This document shows, piece by piece, positions 1 through 9,588 of a DNA stretch of 64,000 nucleotides (its first letter is position 1; each line of letters begins with the position of its first letter). Below the pieces are notes generated by a model. It was given only the letters and a program-made list of their open reading frames with translations, made no database searches and was not told where the DNA came from. This DNA is from a virus (taxonomy: Duplodnaviria; Caudoviricetes). The DNA lies in the IMG/VR virus record IMGVR_UViG_3300028048_000123, positions 12,465 through 76,464 of that record; one strand, written 5' to 3'. The position numbers and the translations under genes were made by a program.

Positions 1-901
1 TTCATTCGCCTGTCATATCATCTTTTCTTAGCTCAAAGCTTGGTGATTCAACTCAGCGTAATTTTTGGCAGTGTCTAAATATTGGTTCGCCTCTTTCCAA
101 GAAGTTAAGCTGCTCATCACGGCTAAATACAATATGCTCTAAGTTTTCACAACGATAGAAAGCAAAATTGCCTATATGTTCAACACTAGCTGGTATAACT
201 ATTTCAGAAAGATTTTTACAGCGTCTAAATGCATCATGCTCAATAGTTTTTAGTTTGGATGTTTCAGGCATGCCAAGCATTACCAAGTCAGCAGAAGCAC
301 AGCCACAGAAAGCACTTTTAGCAATGTATGTAACTGAATCTGGTATTATAATACGTTGTAATTTAGCACAGCCTGAAAAAGCATATTCTTCAATTCTATC
401 TAAATTTTCTAATGCTTCTGTATTAACTCTTTCCAGTGCTGAGCAATCAAAGAAGGCTTCTTTACCAATAACTTTGCAGGTATGTGGCAAAATAACACTT
501 TTTAATCCATGGCTTAACTCAAATGTTTTAGGTGGTAAATAATCTAACTTAGCAAGTATAAAAGCTTTTTCTAAGCTATCACATTCACTAAACACACCTA
601 AGCCCAATTCTTTGACTGAAGCAGGTATAACAGCAGATCCAGATAGCCATTTGCAGTTCACAAAAGCAGCTTCTTCTATAACTTCAACCTTATCTGGTAT
701 ATTACAACTGCGAATTGCTGAGCCTTGAAAAGCAAATTTTTCAATTTTAGTTAAGTCTAGTGGCAAATGCACTTCATCAGCTTGATGATTTCTAAAAGCT
801 CTATCACCGATAATTTTTATATTATCTGGCACAACAACAGTTTTTTCACCAATATCATTACACTTTAGTAGCTCATCTTTTTCTATTATAAATTCTTCCA
901 T
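1..901 (-). CDS. BspA-type leucine-rich-repeat (LRR_5) protein, runs off left edge
   Basis: Repeats such as IPDSVTYIAKSAFCGC and IPASVEHIGNFAFYRCENL. The apparent stop at 53-55 is TGA; read as W the frame continues (KLRWVESPSFELRKDDMTGEW), resembling the C-terminus of the neighbouring paralog (KLQVLDFPSFTFKCKDDGINW). Confidence 0.85.
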
Positions 902-1824
902 TATTTTTTAACCTCATAATCCCAGTTTATACCATCGTCTTTACACTTAAATGTAAAAGATGGGAAGTCTAATACTTGAAGCTTCTTACATTCAAAGAAT
1001 ACATCACGTGCTTGCCTTATAAATTTAACTTGGTCATCACTTAAAAAGTTAACTCTTTTAAGCTCTTCACAGCCTCTAAAAACACCTTCACCAAGGTATT
1101 TAACACTTGCTGGCATAGTAAAGTCATATATAGCTGTATGTGCAAAAGCATAGTCTTCAATAGTTTCTAATTTAGAATCGGCTGCAGTAGATACAAAATT
1201 GATAGAGCTTAGCTTTGGACAGTTTGCAAAAGCAAAGCCCCCTATTCACTTAAGCTTATTGTTAAAGAAAATTCTTTGTAATCCACTATTTTTAAATGCA
1301 AATGCATGCATTGTCTCTAAGTTGTCAGGTAAATTAATAGCTGAAAGCTCAGGACAATACGTAAAAGCTTCCTGACCAATAGCTGTTATATTATTACTTA
1401 GTCTTACATCCTTTAGCATTGCACAGCTTTTAAAAGTGCGATCTGGTAAAGTTTCTAATTCAGGACAATTTACAACAGCTGTTTCTAGTTTGTTACAGTC
1501 ACAGAACACTGCAGTACCCATTTGCACTAAAGATTTAGGTAATGTAATTGTGTCGTGCAATTCATTACAGCCTACGAAAGCTCTATTACCAATCTCTTTT
1601 AAGCTTTCTGTAAATGTAACAGACTTTATGTCTGAACGATAAAAAGCATTATCTTTAATAGCTACAATACCTGATAGCAATACACTATTAATTTTATTAG
1701 CATATCTAAAAGCATTTTGACCAATAGTAGTTAGTCCAGATGGTATTGTTATATTGTTTTCTGTATCATCTTCAGGTATATATAACTGCACTGTATTTTC
1801 AGATACTTTTAAATCATAGCTCAT
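901..1824 (-). CDS. BspA-type LRR_5 protein (ORFs 1246..1824 and 901..1116 joined through TGA 1246-1248)
   Basis: LRR_5 repeats continue in frame across the TGA (NKLK-W-IGGFAFANCPKL); true stop TAA at 901-903. Confidence 0.85.
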
Positions 1825-1850
1825 TTATTAGCTCTCCTTTTAAGCGATCG

Positions 1851-1861
1851 TATAATTTAGC
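1851..1861 (-). promoter_or_regulatory. GCTAAATTA element (putative phage late promoter)
   Basis: GCTAAATTATA on the coding strand upstream of the LRR gene; motif recurs at least 12 times before gene starts. Confidence 0.55.
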
Positions 1862-1889
1862 TTATAATAAAGCAGTCATAAACAAAATC

Positions 1890-1910
1890 TGGGCTCATTA
1901 TAAGCCCATT
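1890..1910. repeat. 21-bp imperfect palindrome TGGGCTCATTATAAGCCCATT, copy 1
   Basis: Identical to 40950-40970; 18/21 match to the reverse strand at 60179-60199. Confidence 0.85.
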
Positions 1911-1927
1911 TTCAAGCAGAAATAAAA

Positions 1928-1953
1928 GAAGCAGCTAAATCTATAACTGCTTC
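1928..1953 (-). terminator. Intrinsic terminator
   Basis: GAAGCAG/CTGCTTC stem followed by a T tract on the minus strand, downstream of ORF 1987..2397. Confidence 0.55.
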
Positions 1954-1986
1954 ATATAAGTCAAATCTAAGCTATATTGATAAGCC

Positions 1987-2397
1987 TTAAGCTTTATTTC
2001 GCTTCTCTGGATAATGCGTGCATTTACTTTGATAGCCATAGCAATAACACTCATCTCTTTCTCTTGTGCCATTACATCTTTTATAAACAGGATCATAACA
2101 CTTGCATTTATCTTCCATATCTAACGGTAATTTTTCAGCTGCATCAATTCCAGGCGCTAATGCTAGTGCTAAGGGTAATCTTTCAATTGTTTCAGTTCTA
2201 GACTCTAATGTTGTTAATTGCTTTTTTATTTCTTTATGACAGTAAGGACAATACCAAGTTGCTTTGCCATTAATAGTTTTTTCTAATGATGTTACATCTT
2301 CTTGCTCAAATTCATATTCACACCCACAATATTCGCAGGTGTCTTTATAAATAACATGTGTTTCAAGCATTTTGCCATTTTTAATTATTTTAAACAT
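1987..2397 (-). CDS. Hypothetical Zn-ribbon, Cys-rich protein
   Basis: CEYCG and CPYCH pairs plus a C-terminal Cys cluster. Confidence 0.6.
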   Translation of the reverse strand: MFKIIKNGKMLETHVIYKDTCEYCGCEYEFEQEDVTSLEKTINGKATWYCPYCHKEIKKQLTTLESRTETIERLPLALALAPGIDAAEKLPLDMEDKCKCYDPVYKRCNGTRERDECYCYGYQSKCTHYPEKRNKA

Positions 2398-2690
2398 TAT
2401 TCCTCCTTTAACCCATGCAATCTTTTATAGTTGGCTATTTCAGAATTTTTGCAACCATATCCGTTTTTGATTAATGCTTGACTAATACTTCTTTTGCCAG
2501 CTAATAAAGGTCGTAGAAAATTAGCTGAAATAGTTAATCTTAAATTCATTTGTTTATTGTAAATAGTTGCTTTATAATACTTATGACTTCTACAAGCCTT
2601 TCCATTATAGCTAGTCTCATAATTCTTAGCTAAAAAAACATCTTCTACTACAAATCCTTCAAACTCTTTTCCTAAATACTTACTTTTCAT
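2397..2690 (-). CDS. Hypothetical protein
   Basis: ORF with upstream AGGAGA and TAATG coupling to the next gene. Confidence 0.6.
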   Translation of the reverse strand: MKSKYLGKEFEGFVVEDVFLAKNYETSYNGKACRSHKYYKATIYNKQMNLRLTISANFLRPLLAGKRSISQALIKNGYGCKNSEIANYKRLHGLKEE

Positions 2691-2708
2691 TTTATTATCA
2701 ATTTCTCC

Positions 2709-2924
2709 TTATATTTCTTTTGCTATACCTTTTCTTACCCAATAAGTTTTTAATTTATTGAAGTGTTTATCTATTTCTATAATTGTGCAATCTCCAGTAG
2801 GCGAATACCAATCTGTATACCTAATAGGGTCTCTCCTTATTTCATTTAGACATTCTTCTAATGTATTGCCATAATATTTATATGCCGACACACAATCATT
2901 TACCATTACTTCTATTACATACAT
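2709..2924 (-). CDS. Hypothetical protein
   Basis: ORF tiling in an operon, TAA stop. Confidence 0.55.
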   Translation of the reverse strand: MYVIEVMVNDCVSAYKYYGNTLEECLNEIRRDPIRYTDWYSPTGDCTIIEIDKHFNKLKTYWVRKGIAKEI

Positions 2925-2942
2925 ACTTTAATAAACCATCTC

Positions 2943-3221
2943 TTATATTTTTCTTATACCATTTTCATATATTTCTATATTTCCGTCATCACAAATAGTT
3001 ATTTTTTCATAACCTAATTCAGTTAATTCTTTAATAACCTTTTCTTTTGATAATTTCTCATCATTACACATTAAAATAGAGCTATCATATATTCTTCTTT
3101 CAACTTCGTAAAGGTCAACATAATCTATACTACTATCAAACTTGTAATACTTATCTTTTTCTTTTCTTACAATAGTCCAATCCCAAGCACTATCATATGA
3201 GCTTATAATTATCTCTTTCAT
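2943..3221 (-). CDS. Hypothetical protein
   Basis: ORF with AGGAG RBS. Confidence 0.6.
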   Translation of the reverse strand: MKEIIISSYDSAWDWTIVRKEKDKYYKFDSSIDYVDLYEVERRIYDSSILMCNDEKLSKEKVIKELTELGYEKITICDDGNIEIYENGIRKI

Positions 3222-3349
3222 TTTTAGTCTCCTGCAACTTTATTAGTAGCTATATTCTAATATATTATACGCTGCAACAATTAAAAAAAGAGCAGTATTT
3301 ATAAAATACCACTCTTTAACTTTAAAAAAACTTTAAAAAACAGATTAAA

Positions 3350-3460
3350 CTAATCTTCGTCTTCCCATCTTGCTTCTTCTTCAGCTTGTGCAGCTGCTTC
3401 ATCATCCAAGATGCACAATGCAGCTAAAATAGCTATTGCTGTACTGCTAATTCTTGACAT
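3350..3460 (-). CDS. 36-aa peptide (hydrophobic N-half, acidic tail), not in the ORF track
   Basis: MSRISSTAIAILAALCILDDEAAAQAEEEARWEDED; AGGAGA RBS; promoter at 3507-3520. Confidence 0.5.
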   Translation of the reverse strand: MSRISSTAIAILAALCILDDEAAAQAEEEARWEDED

Positions 3461-3506
3461 ATAATCTATCTCCTTGTAAAGTTTCTATTGAGCATTGCTG
3501 CCCTAT

Positions 3507-3520
3507 TATATTATACAATA
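3507..3520 (-). promoter_or_regulatory. Sigma70-type -10 promoter (TATTGTATAATATA)
   Basis: Recurrent TTGTATAAT motif in intergenic gaps. Confidence 0.6.
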
Positions 3521-3530
3521 TTTTCTAGAG

Positions 3531-4343
3531 CTATTTGCTTGATATAAATATAACTTGCTCTGTATTGCATCCAAAGTGAGACTTATTTTCAAGGGTCTCA
3601 ACTATATAATCTTTATATTTTTCTGTTTTATCTATAACAAATAAATATTTTTCACATTTATAATTTTTTAAACAGGTATCAATCCATTCATCAGCTGATA
3701 ATTCTTCAATATCTTGATGCCAATGTTCTTTATTACCATAAGGTGGACAGGTAAAAAGACAATCAAATGTGCCCATTTCATATAATGAATTTTTGAGTAG
3801 CACCTCACTATTTCCAATATTTAAAGCATTAATTAATTGGTTAGATTCTCGCACAGTAATAGAATTAATATCATAACCTATATATTTTTTATTTAAAGTA
3901 GCAGTTCCTAGTAGTCTTCCACTAAATCCGCAACATGGATCAAAAATAGTGTCATATTTTTGTAAATATTTATTAATTAAATACTTAGCTAATGCTGGTT
4001 TAAAAATAGATACTTTAGGAGCCCTTCCAGAAACATATAATCCAGTTCTAATAGCTAATGCTGATAACTCTTTGGTAGCCATATATTTTAATCTATTTTG
4101 AATTACATAAGACATTATATTCGGATCTTGCCAAGCCTCTATTGGACTTTTATAGCCATAACGATTACAATGCCAGATTGATTTGTGATAGTTTTCAATT
4201 ATGTTTAAGCCAGCTATGCTATTAACCTTCCTTGTATGTAGTAGCTTTTTATAATCTTTAATAAGCTCTTCATTTGAAAAAGATTTATATGGAAAGGGGC
4301 TACTCATAGCCAAATTTAAATAGTGCTCTATTTCATTAGTCAT
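3531..4343 (-). CDS. DNA methyltransferase (N6-A/N4-C type)
   Basis: SAM-binding motif FDPCCGFSG and catalytic FTCPPY. Confidence 0.75.
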   Translation of the reverse strand: MTNEIEHYLNLAMSSPFPYKSFSNEELIKDYKKLLHTRKVNSIAGLNIIENYHKSIWHCNRYGYKSPIEAWQDPNIMSYVIQNRLKYMATKELSALAIRTGLYVSGRAPKVSIFKPALAKYLINKYLQKYDTIFDPCCGFSGRLLGTATLNKKYIGYDINSITVRESNQLINALNIGNSEVLLKNSLYEMGTFDCLFTCPPYGNKEHWHQDIEELSADEWIDTCLKNYKCEKYLFVIDKTEKYKDYIVETLENKSHFGCNTEQVIFISSK

Positions 4344-5211
4344 ATAATTCAGCCTCATTATAATATGTAATATAATTTAAGTTATTATCAAGAGCGGCCT
4401 TAAATTTAGCAGGGTCTCTAACTATCCATGTTTCTATAGCATTTTGATAAAACTTACTATTTAATGCTTTTTGTTTCCAAATATCTAATTTTTTATTATC
4501 TTCTTCAGTGTCTTCAAAAGGCTTGCCACCATGTGTCCAATCTAAATTTAATTCTATAAATAGGTCCTTAGACGGTATATAAAAATCACATTCAAAAGGA
4601 TAACGTGGATCTTCCCTATAGTGTCGTTTCACATCATCTTTACCATACTGAGCTATTAATACCTCATAGTATCTATCTTCAGGCTTTGAACTGTTGAATG
4701 AATTATTAGCTTTCTTTGTAATATATTGTTTAGCTAATACTTTTTGTTTAAAGTCTTCAGGCCATGGTCCTAAACAAATACCTTTATTCCATGGGTCTCC
4801 ATAAGTTCTGCTTGCTAGTCTTTTTGCTTCAATAGCAGCTTTTTCTTCAGGAGTCTTATTTTGTTTTGTGTCTGAAATCTTTTGCTTTGTATCTTCAGAG
4901 TGATGCTTGCCTAGCCAGCCATTGCCAGTATGCTTACCTTTATTCCAAGGCTCAACACCAAGGCCCTTACCCTTTCTACCGTCACTTACATGCTGGCTAT
5001 AAATAGCTTTTTCTTCAGGCGATTTAGCTTGCTTTGTCTTTGAAATAGCTTTTTTACGCATATCATCTGATTTATGCAAATCAAATTGCTTTAAGTAACG
5101 GTTTATTGTAGCAGTGCTTACATTGAACTCTTTAGCAATTTCTGCTACTGTTTTATTTTCATTAATATATAATTTTTGTAATAAATATTTATCTGGTGTT
5201 ATTTTAATCAT
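4336..5211 (-). CDS. Free-standing endonuclease: HTH + NUMOD-like repeats + PD-(D/E)XK/Vsr-like domain
   Basis: PWNKG and HSEDTKQKIS repeats; RYPFECDFY..DLFIEL..WTHGG; paralog at 13658..14674. Confidence 0.7.
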   Translation of the reverse strand: MIKITPDKYLLQKLYINENKTVAEIAKEFNVSTATINRYLKQFDLHKSDDMRKKAISKTKQAKSPEEKAIYSQHVSDGRKGKGLGVEPWNKGKHTGNGWLGKHHSEDTKQKISDTKQNKTPEEKAAIEAKRLASRTYGDPWNKGICLGPWPEDFKQKVLAKQYITKKANNSFNSSKPEDRYYEVLIAQYGKDDVKRHYREDPRYPFECDFYIPSKDLFIELNLDWTHGGKPFEDTEEDNKKLDIWKQKALNSKFYQNAIETWIVRDPAKFKAALDNNLNYITYYNEAELYD

Positions 5212-5251
5212 GCTATTTTAACCTCTTTATATAATATACAATATTATTTTA

Positions 5252-5263
5252 TAAAATTTAGCA
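5252..5263 (-). promoter_or_regulatory. GCTAAATT element variant (putative late promoter)
   Basis: TGCTAAATTTTA upstream of the endonuclease gene. Confidence 0.45.
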
Positions 5264-5274
5264 TAAATAATAAA

Positions 5275-5299
5275 AAGGGACCTCAAATTGAGGTCCCTT
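5275..5299 (-). terminator. Intrinsic terminator after the major capsid gene
   Basis: AAGGGACCTCA/TGAGGTCCCTT perfect stem plus T tract. Confidence 0.85.
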
Positions 5300-5322
5300 A
5301 GTTTTTGGTTTTCAGTTGTTAA

Positions 5323-6627
5323 CTAAGCAACAATCTTACCTGCAACTAGTAGTAAGTCATTTAATAATGCCTTAGAGTACCATGTTGAGAAGCCTTGTGC
5401 TAAGCCGCCATCTGGTGTACCTAGCAATTGTGTTGGAACGATTGCCATGTATGGGGCATAAACACCAGCTGAACTCATCATATCGTTGCCGTTTAGACCG
5501 AAGAAGAATTCACCTGATTGTAGTAATGGAGAAACGTAGATGTTTAAACCATCAAGTTCGCCTACCTTGTAAGGACCATTCATCTTAACATTCTTTACAG
5601 CTGTGAATCCGTTAACGAATCTTAAAACTGGAAGAACATCAGCAGCGATTACCATGTAGTTTGGATGGAATTTCTTTGTTCTGTTGTAGATGATAGCCTT
5701 AGCTTTTTCGATGATTTCAAGGAAACCATTGTAGTGTTCAAACTTGCTAACGCCGATAGGTAATGTCTTTGACCAGATTAGCTCTTCATTAGCTTCACCA
5801 GCACCTTTGTATAGCATGTCTACGATTTCTGTATCGATTTCGTATGCTAATTCACCACAAGCTTGTTCAGCGATTTGCTTATCAAGTGTGAAACCATAGT
5901 CTGTCTTAGCTTGGAATGCTGTGATTTGGTCATATCTTACAGCGATACGTCTTGGTTCAGCAACCAAAGCAATTCTTTCCATCTTTGGTCCAATTGTTGG
6001 GATGTCTTGTGCAGGAACATGTTCCATTTGGAATTCTTCAGAGAAGTATGCAACCTTAGCACCAGCTTCAACACCAGCCTTTAATTCGTCAGCTGTGATG
6101 TATTCAACTGTACCATCTGTCTTGATAACCTTAGCATCCTTGCCACCTTCAAATCTGCCTGTAGCCATAGGAGTTAAAGCAACCTTACCGTCTGAACCAG
6201 CTGTCTCAATAATAACTTGAGATGTATAGTTCATTCTAGATTCTGTCATATCTCCTAAAGAGAATACGCTGTTGAAGTTGTCACCTTTCTTTACATCGCC
6301 CTTGTCTGTCTTAGCAACATACTTTAAGTAAGCGATAGATCCAGAATAAGATGTCATTGGGTGAACGATAACTAAGTCGTTAGCGATTAATGATGGAACA
6401 GCAATGTTTGTTAGGTTTAAACAGAATTTCTTCCAGTCGCCTAAGTCAGCTCTTTCTGTAGCCATTGTGTTCATAGATTCAGTAATCCATCTGTTTGTGT
6501 TATCTAACAATACAGCTGTAGCTAGCTTTGTGTTGTTAGAAATTTGCTTGCCGTCATAGTTGTTAGCGATATAAGCTTCAGCAACCTTAATTTGACGTCC
6601 ATAAGTTTCTAATAAATTTTGTCTCAT
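5323..6627 (-). CDS. Major capsid protein, T4 gp23-like
   Basis: 434 aa; LVIVHPMTSYSGSIAYL, EPRRIAVRYDQ, ELAYEIDTEIVDML, AGVYAPYM; follows the prohead protease. Confidence 0.9.
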   Translation of the reverse strand: MRQNLLETYGRQIKVAEAYIANNYDGKQISNNTKLATAVLLDNTNRWITESMNTMATERADLGDWKKFCLNLTNIAVPSLIANDLVIVHPMTSYSGSIAYLKYVAKTDKGDVKKGDNFNSVFSLGDMTESRMNYTSQVIIETAGSDGKVALTPMATGRFEGGKDAKVIKTDGTVEYITADELKAGVEAGAKVAYFSEEFQMEHVPAQDIPTIGPKMERIALVAEPRRIAVRYDQITAFQAKTDYGFTLDKQIAEQACGELAYEIDTEIVDMLYKGAGEANEELIWSKTLPIGVSKFEHYNGFLEIIEKAKAIIYNRTKKFHPNYMVIAADVLPVLRFVNGFTAVKNVKMNGPYKVGELDGLNIYVSPLLQSGEFFFGLNGNDMMSSAGVYAPYMAIVPTQLLGTPDGGLAQGFSTWYSKALLNDLLLVAGKIVA

Positions 6628-6668
6628 ATTGTCCTCTTTTATATTAAATAGGTTATTTTATTTTTTTC

Positions 6669-8546
6669 TTATTTTTTCAAACCAGCTGATTCTAATACCC
6701 AGTCTGCAATTTCATATTCATTTGAATTATTTACTGCTTGTCTAGGTGCTTTTGCTTCAGTAATTTTAATGCCGCCCATACCTAAAGGTAATCTTGAGAA
6801 TCCAACGCTTTCATTAAGCATTTTATCGCAAGTAGCATCAATTTCCTTGATTGAATACTTTTCAGAAAGTCTGCTCTTAATATCAGCTGCTCTAACTCCT
6901 AGCATTTCTGCTTTTGATTCAATATATTTATTTAATGTTTCATCAAGCTTAGCTTTATATTGTTTTGCAATATTAATTCCATCATTTGCTTTTTGCTTAG
7001 CTTTTGCTAATTGCTCTGATAGGCTAGCTTTTTCTTCATCAAATTCTTTTTGCATTAAATCAAGTTTTTCTGTTAATAGCTTAATCTTTCCATTATTTGC
7101 AGTATTTAAACTTTCATTTAAAGACTTAGAATTGTTGATTTGATTTGTTAACTCATTGATCTTTGCATCTTTTTGAGTTAATTGTTCTTGTAATTGTTTT
7201 GCTTCTTTTTCTATTGATTGTGATTTTGCAGCTACACTGCTAACCCTAGCGAAGGCCATTTTATACTTATTAAGTTCTTCTTCTAATGATTTAACCTTAG
7301 TATCACTAACTGTCTTTTCTTTATTCAAAGACTTAACTTGGTCTTCTAAAGTAGCTTTTTGTCGAATTGCTTCCTTTAAGCTATCAAATAGCTTGGCATC
7401 TTCTTCCCCATCATCAATGGCTGTTTCATCTGCTGGAGCTTCTTCTTGTTCAGCTTCTTCAGGTTCATCTATATCTGCGTTATCAATATTATCTTCGTTT
7501 GTTTCTGCCTCAGCTTCTGGTTCAACAAGTTCTGCTTCAACCTCTGGGAAAGTTTCTTCAACCTTGTTAACAACAATCTCATCGACTTTCTCTTTGATCT
7601 CATCAGCTTGCTCTTCAGTTGGTTCAGTAATCTCTTGAATAGCATCTGCTACCTCAGCAGCAGTCTCTTGAATTACTTCAGCACCTTCTTCGGCAGAAAT
7701 TTGTGTATCTTCAGCTGGAGCTTCTGTTTCCACAACTTCTTCTTCAGCTGTTGGCTCAACGATAGGTTCGATGCCTGCTTCAACTGCTGGAATTTCTTCC
7801 TCAGTTTCTTCATCATCTTCCCATTCTTCAGAAATTGGTGTAGTTTCAATGTCTGGGTCTTCAACAGGGACGTCTGATTCAATATCAGAAACGTCTTCTT
7901 TGATTACTTCATCGTCAAGCTTAATATCTAAGTTATCTAGTGTATCTTTCATAACTAATTTATCTTCTTCATTAGCTTCATTTAAAGATTCAGTAAGAGC
8001 TTTCTTCATAGCTATACCTCTATTATCTAATGATTCGCACATAGCAAGTCTAGCTCTCTTCATAGCTGGTGTTCCAACAATGTCCCAAGTTTCTAAGAAG
8101 AATGTATCTGGATCAACTGAATTGTCAGGCATAACATCACCAGAACCACGTGAACTAATACCAGGTGTAAATCCATAATCACAAAGAATCTTTAATAGCT
8201 TTCCATTAGGAGTGTCTAAAATGTCTACATAAGCATATAAGTCATCGTCAACAATTTTTGGCATTTCTGGAATACAAGCACAAACAAGCTTCATATCTGT
8301 TTCTTCTCTATCAGCTGGGTGTCCAAGCTCTAGGAATAAACTTTTATTTGCAACCTTTTCTTTGAAGATGTCATCAGCTAATGCTTTTTCCCATAGCTCT
8401 CTATTATAAAGTCTTCCATTTCTTGTAGATTCCTTACAAGTAGCAATAGGACCATATAATCTGCCAAGGATATGTCTCTTAGCTTTTTCTTCATCTGATA
8501 ATGGTTGCATTTGTAGTGCTTCCAAAATTTTGTTATTATTTGTCAT
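6669..8546 (-). CDS. Prohead protease (T4 gp21-like) fused to an acidic and coiled-coil scaffold
   Basis: TRNGRLYNRELW, LELGHP, GISSRGSG, WDIVGTPA motifs; long Glu-rich and coiled-coil C-terminal part. Confidence 0.9.
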   Translation of the reverse strand: MTNNNKILEALQMQPLSDEEKAKRHILGRLYGPIATCKESTRNGRLYNRELWEKALADDIFKEKVANKSLFLELGHPADREETDMKLVCACIPEMPKIVDDDLYAYVDILDTPNGKLLKILCDYGFTPGISSRGSGDVMPDNSVDPDTFFLETWDIVGTPAMKRARLAMCESLDNRGIAMKKALTESLNEANEEDKLVMKDTLDNLDIKLDDEVIKEDVSDIESDVPVEDPDIETTPISEEWEDDEETEEEIPAVEAGIEPIVEPTAEEEVVETEAPAEDTQISAEEGAEVIQETAAEVADAIQEITEPTEEQADEIKEKVDEIVVNKVEETFPEVEAELVEPEAEAETNEDNIDNADIDEPEEAEQEEAPADETAIDDGEEDAKLFDSLKEAIRQKATLEDQVKSLNKEKTVSDTKVKSLEEELNKYKMAFARVSSVAAKSQSIEKEAKQLQEQLTQKDAKINELTNQINNSKSLNESLNTANNGKIKLLTEKLDLMQKEFDEEKASLSEQLAKAKQKANDGINIAKQYKAKLDETLNKYIESKAEMLGVRAADIKSRLSEKYSIKEIDATCDKMLNESVGFSRLPLGMGGIKITEAKAPRQAVNNSNEYEIADWVLESAGLKK

Positions 8547-8587
8547 CTTTCTGTTTCCTTATTTTTAAATAAAAAACTTTAAATCAA

Positions 8588-8598
8588 TTAATTTAGCA
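8588..8598 (-). promoter_or_regulatory. GCTAAATTA element (putative late promoter)
   Basis: TGCTAAATTAA upstream of the protease/scaffold gene. Confidence 0.6.
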
Positions 8599-8646
8599 TA
8601 AATTAGTAAGAATATTTCTAAAAATTGTAAAGTTTGTGTAAACTTA

Positions 8647-8913
8647 CTATTCTCCGATAACTACATCTTCACCAATGTATACTGTAATTTTTTGATCATC
8701 ATCAGCTGGAACACCTGTTTTGCTTGTATAGATAAAGCCATCTTTAAAGTATACTAGCTTGATGCCTTCTAAATCAGCTTCGCCTTCACCAGCCTTAAAT
8801 GTTAATGCTACGTCAGCATCAAAATCAGGAATATTATTCTTTGTTCCAAAAATTTCCTTTGCGTTTGTCTTTACGAATTCGTAAGCTAACTTATAACCAT
8901 TCTTAAAATACAT
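8647..8913 (-). CDS. Hypothetical protein (head module)
   Basis: ORF with GGAG RBS and an upstream late element. Confidence 0.65.
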   Translation of the reverse strand: MYFKNGYKLAYEFVKTNAKEIFGTKNNIPDFDADVALTFKAGEGEADLEGIKLVYFKDGFIYTSKTGVPADDDQKITVYIGEDVVIGE

Positions 8914-8976
8914 AGTTGTGTATCTCCTTAATATAAAAATTTATTTTTATTTTGTGCTGCCATGAAACAACATCAA

Positions 8977-8986
8977 TTAATTTAGC
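8977..8986 (-). promoter_or_regulatory. GCTAAATTA element
   Basis: GCTAAATTAA upstream of 8647..8913. Confidence 0.55.
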
Positions 8987-9008
8987 TAATAATATATTTC
9001 AATATAAA

Positions 9009-9038
9009 AAAATTAGGATGCTAATTGCACCCTAATTT
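9009..9038 (-). terminator. Intrinsic terminator
   Basis: AATTAGGATGC/GCACCCTAATT stem (one G-U pair on the minus strand) plus T tract. Confidence 0.65.
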
Positions 9039-9059
9039 ATTGCTTGCCACAGTTGGCTA

Positions 9060-9569
9060 TTAAGCGCTTAGCTCTCGTCTGTCATTTAGATACTCTAAAA
9101 CCATGATGTCAGACTTGATTACAGCTAGCAAAGACATACACTTTGTTAAGTCGCCTGTAGAGCTATATTCAGCTAAAGCATTAGCTATTTCATTGGCTCT
9201 TACTTGCTTTAAAAATAAGCTATCGTCTATCTTGCTATTGTACAAAAATATTTGTGTAAGCAGGCTTGCAAGTGTTGTAGCTACTTCATTGCCATTTATA
9301 GAACCATCAATATCTTGTAATGAAAAGTTCATAATATTTGTATATAAAGGTGAATTGTGTTTATTATGCTTTTGTCTTAAGCCTTCAAAGAAGTTAATAG
9401 CAGCAATACCTTTATTTGCAGCAATGAACTTTAGTACTTCTATTGCCTTTGGATCATTCATATCCTTAGCAGTTAAAAGCTTTGATAAATTTTTATTTAC
9501 TTCAATTTTAGAAACGCCTTCATCTTCAAGACGTACTAAAAGTCCTATACAGTCATCTTTTAATATCAT
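9060..9569 (-). CDS. Hypothetical protein downstream of portal
   Basis: 169-aa ORF with GAGG RBS. Confidence 0.65.
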   Translation of the reverse strand: MILKDDCIGLLVRLEDEGVSKIEVNKNLSKLLTAKDMNDPKAIEVLKFIAANKGIAAINFFEGLRQKHNKHNSPLYTNIMNFSLQDIDGSINGNEVATTLASLLTQIFLYNSKIDDSLFLKQVRANEIANALAEYSSTGDLTKCMSLLAVIKSDIMVLEYLNDRRELSA

Positions 9570-9588
9570 ATTATATTCCTCTTTTTAT

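Noticed and set aside
6669-8000. Glu/Ala-rich low-complexity stretch as a repeat element
   Set aside because: Explained by the acidic scaffold domain of the prohead protease fusion.
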